64,000 nucleotides of DNA from a virus. The notes under the pieces were generated by a model that was not told where the DNA came from, did no database searches, and saw nothing but the letters and a program-made list of their open reading frames with translations. The stretch spans positions 1 to 64,000 of the IMG/VR virus record IMGVR_UViG_3300042452_000984; one strand, 5' to 3'. The position numbers and the translations under genes were made by a program. Every line of letters begins with the position of its first letter. The first letter of the stretch is position 1. Below are positions 20,035-27,890 of the stretch, piece by piece.

Positions 20035-20343
20035 ATGAAAAGCTTTATTGTTGCCACCCTGATCGCTACCCTGCTCCCCACCGCTGCCATGGCCACCACC
20101 GGGATGCCCGGGCGAGGCGGGGATGGGCACTGCCCCATCAAGGAGTTGGCCACAGACCCCGACTGCGCCCGCGAGGGCGCCCAATGGCGGGGCACTGGCC
20201 GGGAGCAAGCCAAGTCTAAGCGGGACGAATTCCCCCAGTGCCGAGCTAGCGGTGGCGGTCAGCAGACCGTCTACACCTGCAAGGGTAACCCCCGCAATGA
20301 GTTCCCTGGCGATCGCCCCCGGCAACCCCGCCACCTTGGCTAA
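20035..20343 (+). CDS. Secreted small protein with a signal peptide and an RGTGR motif (PatX-like)
   Basis: MKSFIVATLIATLLPTAAMA signal peptide; RGTGR at 20188-20202; four Cys; GGAG RBS. Confidence 0.6.
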   Translation: MKSFIVATLIATLLPTAAMATTGMPGRGGDGHCPIKELATDPDCAREGAQWRGTGREQAKSKRDEFPQCRASGGGQQTVYTCKGNPRNEFPGDRPRQPRHLG

Positions 20344-20410
20344 TTGACTGACCCTTTGGGGCTGGCTTCGGCTGGCCCCCATTTCGTTTATTTAGGAGAA
20401 CCAGGCAACT

Positions 20411-21181
20411 ATGGCAGACATTGATCCAAATTTGGCGATCGCACTCGCGTTAGAGGAGATCGCGGCATCCTTGAAGGCGATTGCGCTATCGGCAATACCC
20501 AAAAGTACTCAGCCCCTAGGCTTCCAGGCGGACGCCGGGCGGCCAGAGTTTATCTTTGCCAACCTTGTCAAAGGGAATGGCGATGGCTGGTATCGGCTAC
20601 TGGAAAATAACCAACAGGAAACCATGCCCCCTGCGTTCTGGGGTTTGGTGAAGGATTTGCGGTTTGTCCAGCGGGAACGGCGAGGCGAAGACGTTACCAA
20701 ACTCGACTTGGTGATGGAGGGTGAAGACGGCAAGACTTATATTTTCGAGTCTGGCGCCCAGTCATTTTTTAGCCGCTCCCTACTGACCGCCTTAAGCCTA
20801 TGCCCTGTAGCTGACTTACAGCAACCCATTCGATTGTTTAGCTACATTTCAGAGCTACAGACCGGCGACAAAACTCTAAACGTCAGCATCACCTCGCAAT
20901 CCGGCAAGCTCCAGGCTAGCTGGAAGGCGGATGACGACTGGCGGGCGATCGCTACCGAGGCAAAAACCAGGGTTTACAAAGCCTTGGGCAAAGAAGCGCC
21001 AGCACCGGAACCCACCACCCAACCAGCGGCACCGCCACCAACCCGCAATAGTCCCCCGGCAGGTAATCCACCTGGCGGAGCCCGCGATCGCATTGCCCAA
21101 CGTGCCAACGCTAAGCCCGTCGCCGCTAAAGTGACAGACTCGCGGGCGGCAACTGATTGGGATGAAGAGATACCGTTCTAG
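20411..21181 (+). CDS. Putative single-stranded DNA-binding protein
   Basis: Beta-rich N-terminus, Pro-rich linker and an acidic tail DWDEEIPF like SSB C-termini; AGGAG RBS. Confidence 0.6.
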   Translation: MADIDPNLAIALALEEIAASLKAIALSAIPKSTQPLGFQADAGRPEFIFANLVKGNGDGWYRLLENNQQETMPPAFWGLVKDLRFVQRERRGEDVTKLDLVMEGEDGKTYIFESGAQSFFSRSLLTALSLCPVADLQQPIRLFSYISELQTGDKTLNVSITSQSGKLQASWKADDDWRAIATEAKTRVYKALGKEAPAPEPTTQPAAPPPTRNSPPAGNPPGGARDRIAQRANAKPVAAKVTDSRAATDWDEEIPF

Positions 21182-21189
21182 GAGTAGTT

Positions 21190-21387
21190 ATGAACCAACC
21201 TATTCAGCTATCGACTGAGGCAGAGTTTGCGATCGCCCAATTTCAGCGATCGCTAGAAAGCCTGGAGTTTACCCGGGAAAACTTCAACGAACTCAAGACC
21301 ATCGCCCTTGGCTTAAAGCGTCTGGAGGCGGCCCAACGGGCGTTTCTGGTAGCTCAGGTAAAAGAGTCCTGGGGGAGGCCATTATGA
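21190..21387 (+). CDS. nblA: NblA-like phycobilisome degradation protein
   Basis: MNQPIQLSTEAEFAIAQF...VKESWG parallels cyanobacterial NblA (MNQPIELSLEQQFSIRSF...LKHQWG); 65 aa. Confidence 0.7.
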   Translation: MNQPIQLSTEAEFAIAQFQRSLESLEFTRENFNELKTIALGLKRLEAAQRAFLVAQVKESWGRPL

Positions 21388-21617
21388 CCAACCTCAACCG
21401 CCTAGTTGACTTAATGCGACAAGCCCGACAGCGGGCAGTATCGGAGCGATCGCTAGTCATGCCCACTAGCTACTCATCGCGCCGTGGCGTTTCCCATGCT
21501 TTTCTCTGTTTGAACTGCAAGTTCTACAACCCTACCACCCAAGCTTACTTGCGGTGTGCGGTTCACCCTGAAGGGCCGAAGAGCGATACCTTCTGCACTG
21601 ACAAGGAGGAGCGATGA
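21384..21617 (+). CDS. DUF6464-like Cys-rich small protein
   Basis: CLNCKFYN...YLRCAVHPEGP...C. Confidence 0.6.
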   Translation: MTNLNRLVDLMRQARQRAVSERSLVMPTSYSSRRGVSHAFLCLNCKFYNPTTQAYLRCAVHPEGPKSDTFCTDKEER

Positions 21618-22156
21618 GGAGACTGTTATTGCTCGACCACACCGCCCTGGTGCAGCACCGGAATGGCCCCGGTGTCTACATCAACAACCGGGACAATATG
21701 ACATTGGTTCCAGGCATTCTAGGCGCCCTGGAGCCCTACGTTGACAGGAACTACAACGTCGCCATCTGTAGCAACCAGGGCGGCGTCGAGAAAGGCCACC
21801 TAGCGTTCGGTGCTTGCCAAAACCTATTCGGTGAAATGTTCAAGCTGTCCAACTATTGGGTTCAGGCCATTTGGTTTTGCCCCCTAGCCCGGGGCAGCAC
21901 CGGCAGTTATGCCATTCAAATGACGATGCCCTACGAACCCAAGACCTATACCAAATGCCAAAAGTATGCCACCACCGGCTACCGGATGCCCCAGGCGGGC
22001 ATGATTTTGGCCGCCATGGACTGGTTTGGGGTAACGCCTGAGCAGACCACCATGGTGGGCTTACAGCCGGAGGCTTACTATGCCGCCGCTGATGCAGGCG
22101 TCAAAAAGTTTGTCCACAGTTCGTACTTTGTTGAAAAAGCGGGAGTATTGCAATGA
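21614..22156 (+). CDS. HAD-IIIA (GmhB/PNKP-like) fold protein with degenerate catalytic motifs
   Basis: SNQGGV, R.P.AGMIL and MVG...AA..AGV are retained; DxD, Lys and GD..D appear substituted. Confidence 0.7.
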   Translation: MRRLLLLDHTALVQHRNGPGVYINNRDNMTLVPGILGALEPYVDRNYNVAICSNQGGVEKGHLAFGACQNLFGEMFKLSNYWVQAIWFCPLARGSTGSYAIQMTMPYEPKTYTKCQKYATTGYRMPQAGMILAAMDWFGVTPEQTTMVGLQPEAYYAAADAGVKKFVHSSYFVEKAGVLQ

Positions 22157-23271
22157 AATTTACAGTAGATGCGGGTGATCTGGCAGAGGCGATCGCGCTG
22201 TGCGATCGCGCTATCCCTAAGCGCCCTAGCCGCCCTATCCTGGGCCACATGCTAATGCAGCTAGACAATGGCAGCCTTACCCTAAAAGGGTTTGACGAGG
22301 CGCTAGGGATTAGCTTCTCGTTGCCAGTGGATATGGAGCAATCCGGTGATTGTTGCATATCCCCAACCTACCTAAAGCCCATCCTGGAGCGCCTATCCGG
22401 GCAGGTGGCCTTAGACCTGCAATACCCTGTCCTGGTGCTAACCACCCTGGGCGCCGAGTACCGGATTAACACCCTCCTGGCTGAGGACTACCCCAACTTG
22501 CCCGAGGTGGACGGTACCCCGGTGGAGTTGTCTATCTCGTCAGAGGAACTACGAGCCGCGATCGCGGCTACGGTGTTCTGCGCCAGTACTGACGAAAGCA
22601 AGCAGGTACTTACCGGCGTTCACTTCTCCGTTACCCCCGGCGAAGGGGGGGAGGCAGGGGTGATGGAGTTAGCGGCCACCGATGGCCATCGGATGATCGC
22701 CTACCCGCTACCCGGTAGCGTTGTCATCCCCGATGACTATCGCCCCGTCACCCTGCCCGGGAAGAGCCTGCGGGAACTGCTAACCGTCCTGAAGGGCGAG
22801 GGTGCCGTCAAGCTGACGTTTGATGACGTGTCTGTGCGTGCCCTATGCGGGGACACCGAGCTCTATAGCCGGGTTATCGAGGGGCAATACCCCAACTACC
22901 GGCAGCTATTCCCCAAGGTGTTCTCTAAGGTGGCGACCTGCGATCGCAAGCCATTCTTAGCCGCCCTCGATCGCACCTTGGTGGTGGCCGGTGAAAACAA
23001 GGACATCGTTAAGCTGGAGTTTGACACCACTGGGCTGGTGATGAGTGCAGAGGCAAAAGAAGCGGCCAAAGCTCAGGAACATGTCGAGGGCGTAACCTGT
23101 AGCGAACCCATCACCCTAGCGGGGAACGGTAAGTACATCAAGGAGGCGCTAACCAATGCGATCGTGGGTGAAACCTTCACTATGGAAATGAATAAGCCAG
23201 AAAGCCCAGTGGTTTTTACAGATGGGTCCCCGGCGACCTATTTAATGATGCCCATTCAGATTAGGGGTTAA
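22153..23271 (+). CDS. dnaN: DNA polymerase III beta sliding clamp
   Basis: 372 aa; RPSRPIL, STDESKQVLTGV, AATDGHR, IEGQYPNYRQLFP and YLMMPIQI. Confidence 0.93.
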   Translation: MKFTVDAGDLAEAIALCDRAIPKRPSRPILGHMLMQLDNGSLTLKGFDEALGISFSLPVDMEQSGDCCISPTYLKPILERLSGQVALDLQYPVLVLTTLGAEYRINTLLAEDYPNLPEVDGTPVELSISSEELRAAIAATVFCASTDESKQVLTGVHFSVTPGEGGEAGVMELAATDGHRMIAYPLPGSVVIPDDYRPVTLPGKSLRELLTVLKGEGAVKLTFDDVSVRALCGDTELYSRVIEGQYPNYRQLFPKVFSKVATCDRKPFLAALDRTLVVAGENKDIVKLEFDTTGLVMSAEAKEAAKAQEHVEGVTCSEPITLAGNGKYIKEALTNAIVGETFTMEMNKPESPVVFTDGSPATYLMMPIQIRG

Positions 23272-23273
23272 CC

Positions 23274-23453
23274 ATGGACCTACAGCCCGGTTACGCGATC
23301 GCCTATCGTCCATCCACGGAAGAGCCCTGGCAGCAAGCGTCTGTCTTTGCGGTCATTGGCGACAAGGTGATGGTTAAGTTGCCCCTGGGCGGCAACACGT
23401 CCAGAATCGTCACGGTGGACATTGACAGTGGTTTGATAGGGCCACCGTTCTGA
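23274..23453 (+). CDS. Small hypothetical protein (59 aa, MDLQPGYAIAYRP...)
   Basis: Translated by hand; TGATG coupling to the next gene. Confidence 0.55.
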   Translation: MDLQPGYAIAYRPSTEEPWQQASVFAVIGDKVMVKLPLGGNTSRIVTVDIDSGLIGPPF

Positions 23454-24193
23454 TGCAGGAGTTTTACATAGGCTGGCATCAGCCCGTCAACGGCCTGTCT
23501 GGCTGCGGGGATTTTCCCCGGTGCATGGTGTCAGTCAATCGACTTCTAAGGCGTCGCTCTCCCTTCCCGGTTCAGTCCTGGATATTGGATAGCGGCGCTT
23601 TTACTCGCATTGCTGGCGGACAAGGGCACCTGCCATTAGAAGACTATGCCAAAGAGATCCGGCGATGGGCAAAAAACGGCAACCTTGTGGCAGCTGTGGC
23701 ACAGGACTATATGTGTGAACCATTTATCCTTGGCAAGACCGGGCTAACAATCCAAGACCACCAACGGCTAACCATAGAGAACTACGATCGCCTGCTTGCC
23801 CTAAATACCGGCGTCTATATCATGCCAGTATTACAGGGCTACTCTCCCGCTGACTACGTTAGACACCTGCACGATTACGGCGATCGCTTGCACCATGGAC
23901 AATGGGTAGGGGTGGGTTCTGTCTGCAAGCGAAACAGCAACCCTGGGGCAATTGAAGCCGTCTTGATGGCGATTAAGGCGGCCCGCCCCGATCTGAGGTT
24001 GCACGGGTTTGGCGTTAAGAAGACCGCCCTAGAATCTTCAATTGTGTGGGACTTACTTTACTCAGCAGACAGCCAAGCCCATAGCTTTGCAGCACGGATG
24101 GAGAACCGAAACGCCAATTGCCCAAAGGTTGCGCTTAATTACGCCAAAGGCATCGGCAGCCCCTTGCAGGCATCCATATTTTCAGCGTTCTGA
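23453..24193 (+). CDS. DpdA-like / tRNA-guanine transglycosylase-like DNA deazaguanine-inserting enzyme
   Basis: ILDSGAF, AQDYMCEP, PVLQG, VGVGSVCKR, LHGFGVK and SADS motifs of the TGT fold. Confidence 0.75.
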   Translation: MQEFYIGWHQPVNGLSGCGDFPRCMVSVNRLLRRRSPFPVQSWILDSGAFTRIAGGQGHLPLEDYAKEIRRWAKNGNLVAAVAQDYMCEPFILGKTGLTIQDHQRLTIENYDRLLALNTGVYIMPVLQGYSPADYVRHLHDYGDRLHHGQWVGVGSVCKRNSNPGAIEAVLMAIKAARPDLRLHGFGVKKTALESSIVWDLLYSADSQAHSFAARMENRNANCPKVALNYAKGIGSPLQASIFSAF

Positions 24194-24204
24194 TGCCGCA
24201 CCCA

Positions 24205-24247
24205 AAACAAAACACCCCGGCCAAATGACGACCGGGGTGTTTTGTTG
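24205..24247. terminator. Bidirectional intrinsic terminator
   Basis: aacaaaacaccccgg...ccggggtgttttgtt between convergent genes. Confidence 0.85.
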
Positions 24248-24258
24248 CTTGGATGACG

Positions 24259-24528
24259 CTATTCAACCTCAGCCTTCCTAAGAGCTTGCCAAATGTCTTG
24301 AAAATCAGTCTCTTCCTCAAGGTTAATAGGCTCGCACTCTTCTAACGCGGCTAAAGCTTGGGCGGCATAATACTCGCCAGAGGCGTAATCGTCAAAGATT
24401 TTGATAACAGTAGGGCTTACGTTTTCGGCCATTAACCCAGAATAGGGATTAACGTTTGTGTCAGCATTTAACCGAGAAAAAGCTTGATTGATTTGAGTGG
24501 CATAGTCAGCAGCAGTAGCAGTAGTCAT
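24259..24528 (-). CDS. Acidic moron-like protein (MTTATAADYATQ...)
   Basis: Has its own promoter and GGAG RBS; AT-rich. Confidence 0.7.
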   Translation of the reverse strand: MTTATAADYATQINQAFSRLNADTNVNPYSGLMAENVSPTVIKIFDDYASGEYYAAQALAALEECEPINLEEETDFQDIWQALRKAEVE

Positions 24529-24542
24529 AATTGGTAACTCCA

Positions 24543-24601
24543 AGTGGTTCAACAATTTCAATAGTAAAAGACCTTTATCGTATTGTCAACACTTTTCGAT
24601 A
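24543..24601 (-). promoter_or_regulatory. Sigma70-type promoter with TATCG-N16-CGATA, copy 2
   Basis: TTGACA-17 nt-TACTAT followed by TGAAATTGTTGAACCACT, as at 7493-7550. Confidence 0.8.
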
Positions 24602-24710
24602 AATTAGTTAAACCGTCGCGATCGCGTGTCAACCCAACCATTTCTCGAACCTACGCTAAGATAGGCATAGCGTAGGCATAATTTATTTTTTCCTAGTCCG
24701 TATCTCCTCC

Positions 24711-27700
24711 ATGGTTCTTCCTCTGGAGGCTATCCTGTCCAAGTCAGCCGATATGGTTGTGGGCGGGGTAGCCTCCAATTTTTTTAGAGATCTTGACGGC
24801 GATGCCATTTGCCCGGACGCGATTCAACGCGCTATTCCTGGCTTCATGGCAACCCGTGGCCCGGACGGGCTAAAGGGTGGCCCCATTCGCCTGCACCATG
24901 GTTTTTGGGAGCGATTTCTAAAGCAGTCCATCTCTGCCCTTAATATTCCCTACGACCAGCAAGTGGGGCTACTTGCCGCGATCGCGCTCCCCCTGGGCCG
25001 GGTGACTGAGATGAGCGTTGATAGCGATGGCACTACGCGTTGGCGGGGTGTTCTATCTGGCGCTAACCCCATCGCCCGGGTGGTGTGGAATATGCTCAAA
25101 GAGGGCATGGTTCACCTTGGCGTTAGCGTTGGCGGCAAGATCAACGGTGTACGCCCCGGTAGAGATGCGATCGGGCGGACCTGTAACCTAATTACCGACG
25201 TGCGGCTCGATGAGCTCAGCATCACTGACAACCCAGCCAATCGATTAATTGAGTCCGAGACCCCCGACAATGGCGCGTACATTACCGCGCTTGCTAAATC
25301 TGTGGGTAATACCATGCTCGCTCAGAAACAACAGCCTTACATCTACCTGAATGGCATCGCCTATACCGCTCACCCTAGCGAGGAACATGGCATTGTCCTA
25401 CGCAAGGCAGGACGGCGGCGGGCACCCTCCCCGGGCCAGCTAGGCTTGTTTGGTGGGCACAATGAGGGCGATACCAAGGTAGAGGACGGTGTTACCTATC
25501 GGCTAAATAGCAATAGCCGGTGGGAGCGGATGGATAAACCCAAGGCCAGCGGTAAGCCGTCTGGCGGGAAGAAGAAGGCGGAAAAGCCTGCGATCGTCCC
25601 GGTGGTGGAGGCGGAGAAACGAGCAGAGACACCAGCAAAGGCAAAAGCGGCTAAGCCGAAGGCAAGACGACAAAAGGAGCCAAAACCATATCTAGAAGAT
25701 CAAAGCCCTTCATTATTGGCGGCAGAGCTAGACAAAATTAAGAATTTTCTGGCATTGGCTGATGCTGGACTTGTAAGCATAACTCCCAGAAAGCGCAAGC
25801 AAACCGAGGCTTACCTGAAGCAGGTCAAAGACGCACTTTTTGAAATAACCAAGCCTGACGACGACGCGCCAAGCATGTCTGACAACGATCTCCTGCAGGA
25901 GCTAGGCGTAGCAGGCATGTCTGACGACGACCTTATGCGAGAGCTAGGCGTTGAACCCGCCGCCCAGAACCCCGAACCCACCGTTGGCGAAATGCTGGAA
26001 CAGCAGCAAGCGGAGATAGCTGAGTCGAAACCAGTTATCTCAGGCAGGCAATTTGTCGAAGAGTTTATTTCCGCCTGGAATGACACCCATGGTTCAGAGT
26101 GGAACCGCGATGCTGCGGGGTACACAAAGGCCAAAATATGGGACAAAAAAGACGGGGAGATCCGGGTTTACTTTGGCTCCGTTAAGCAGCCATTGGTTTT
26201 CAGAAAGCAAGATAATGGCGAATACGTCGCCGCTGTAACCCCTGGTAAGTATGGACTTGACGAACAAATCGCCCCTATCCTTGACGATCTAAATTCACGG
26301 TTTTCTACCAAGCCTGAAAGCACTAAGGCTGACCAAGGCTCTGCCGGAACCCAGCAACGAGTATTGATGCAAGAAGACGAAGACGGCGTTGTTGCACCTG
26401 CAGGACAACACGAACGTGGCGTCCATATCGTGCGGGAATGGTACGAGTCAGAACCATCTCCCAAGCCCACCGTTGGCGAAATGCTGGAACAGCAGCAAGC
26501 CGCGATCGCGGATGAGCCTATGCCTGAGAGTGAGGCGATGGAGGGGGCGGAGGATGGTGCGGCACCCACATGGGAAGACGTGCCTCAACTTTTTGAAAGC
26601 GGTGACTACGAAAAAATCCCTCAAGCCCTAGGAGTAGATCCTAGATATGGGCTGTCCCCGAGTCAGGCGTCTAGGTTTCTAAACATCCTTGGAATAAAAG
26701 AAGCTAAAGCCAAAAAGATTCTTGGGCAGGGCTACCTAGAGCAAGAGCGAAAAGAATACCCAAGCATTCAACCCGATCCCGATCCTAAACGCTACTACGA
26801 TCTTGATAAGCTCGTTGACGCCATTAACGAGGCAAAGGCGTTTAAGGGAGTCAAGGCGCTGCAAAAACCTAAGGCAGAGCGCCCTAAGCGCGAACTAAAA
26901 GAAGAAGAGCTTACGCTAACGGATAATGACTGGAAGAGGCTAGCCAAGCTAAAAGGCGCCATGCCTTTCTCACCAAATTTTCTAGGTGATGGAGTTGGTG
27001 CGGAAACCTACTATTGGGTGCCAAATCATGCAATAAAAGACGCCGAATACCTAAAAAGAAAGTTAGGTTTTTATATAAAGCGCGATTTTAGCTGGAACAG
27101 AATAGAAGGCGCCAACTTTGTTATGCGGGAAGACGTCATTGATAATGTACTTGGCTACATTATTAAACCTAAATCCGAGCCCGCCGCCCAGGACCCCGAA
27201 CCCACTCTCACCAAATCTCTCACCCCCTCACTCCCCATGACTATCGATAACTTCCTCCGCAAAGCCCTGGGTAATCCTGGGCGTGAGTTTGGTTCTGGCT
27301 CATGGCGGGATACGGGCATCCCGGCGATGGGCCGTAAAGTTGACGCCAAAAGCCCGCAGCCCAAGGGCGGCAAAAAGGTACAAATGGATGAGTCCGGTAG
27401 TGCCCATGCCGGTAAGGGTATCGGTGGCAAACAACCCAAGGCCCATCGCCCCTACTCTTCCGGCGGCATGCCCCCCACCGATGTATTTGGTATCACCATC
27501 ACCCAACTAACCCGCAACTTGGCCAAAGCCTGCTACATGGACAAAGATGCCTGGGGTAGCCCGGAGACCGTTTCTTTCTTGACCGACAGCGCCAGGGCGA
27601 TCGCGGGCATGACTGACACCCCGACCGACCCGATGGTGAACTTTGTCCGGTTTTTGCAATACTGCACCCGTTTCGCCCAAGAATTGCCGTTTATGAACGA

Positions 27701-27875
27701 CTACCAGGCGGCGGGGACGGTGAAGGCGATGAATGCCGACCTAACCAAAGCGCTGGACGAATTCGTAGAGAAGATGCCTGAGGAGCTAAAGGGAAAACCT
27801 TTGCGCCCTGCCGGTTCACCCGGCGTTGTGGGCATCGACGTTCAGTTTCCCCAACAGTACGTTATTTACTCCTAG
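24711..27875 (+). CDS. Prohead (maturation) protease with a large in-frame cargo insert and a C-terminal helical domain
   Basis: N-terminal ~195 aa show the HK97-like protease pattern RDLDGD, IRLHH, VSVGG, LDELSITDNPAN; lies upstream of scaffold and capsid. Confidence 0.8.
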   Translation: MVLPLEAILSKSADMVVGGVASNFFRDLDGDAICPDAIQRAIPGFMATRGPDGLKGGPIRLHHGFWERFLKQSISALNIPYDQQVGLLAAIALPLGRVTEMSVDSDGTTRWRGVLSGANPIARVVWNMLKEGMVHLGVSVGGKINGVRPGRDAIGRTCNLITDVRLDELSITDNPANRLIESETPDNGAYITALAKSVGNTMLAQKQQPYIYLNGIAYTAHPSEEHGIVLRKAGRRRAPSPGQLGLFGGHNEGDTKVEDGVTYRLNSNSRWERMDKPKASGKPSGGKKKAEKPAIVPVVEAEKRAETPAKAKAAKPKARRQKEPKPYLEDQSPSLLAAELDKIKNFLALADAGLVSITPRKRKQTEAYLKQVKDALFEITKPDDDAPSMSDNDLLQELGVAGMSDDDLMRELGVEPAAQNPEPTVGEMLEQQQAEIAESKPVISGRQFVEEFISAWNDTHGSEWNRDAAGYTKAKIWDKKDGEIRVYFGSVKQPLVFRKQDNGEYVAAVTPGKYGLDEQIAPILDDLNSRFSTKPESTKADQGSAGTQQRVLMQEDEDGVVAPAGQHERGVHIVREWYESEPSPKPTVGEMLEQQQAAIADEPMPESEAMEGAEDGAAPTWEDVPQLFESGDYEKIPQALGVDPRYGLSPSQASRFLNILGIKEAKAKKILGQGYLEQERKEYPSIQPDPDPKRYYDLDKLVDAINEAKAFKGVKALQKPKAERPKRELKEEELTLTDNDWKRLAKLKGAMPFSPNFLGDGVGAETYYWVPNHAIKDAEYLKRKLGFYIKRDFSWNRIEGANFVMREDVIDNVLGYIIKPKSEPAAQDPEPTLTKSLTPSLPMTIDNFLRKALGNPGREFGSGSWRDTGIPAMGRKVDAKSPQPKGGKKVQMDESGSAHAGKGIGGKQPKAHRPYSSGGMPPTDVFGITITQLTRNLAKACYMDKDAWGSPETVSFLTDSARAIAGMTDTPTDPMVNFVRFLQYCTRFAQELPFMNDYQAAGTVKAMNADLTKALDEFVEKMPEELKGKPLRPAGSPGVVGIDVQFPQQYVIYS

Positions 27876-27890
27876 CTAGGTAACTAGAAA

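Noticed and set aside
24711-27875. Intein in the protease
   Set aside because: The insert lacks Cys/Ser-start and His-Asn-end splicing motifs and any LAGLIDADG blocks; proteolytic excision fits better
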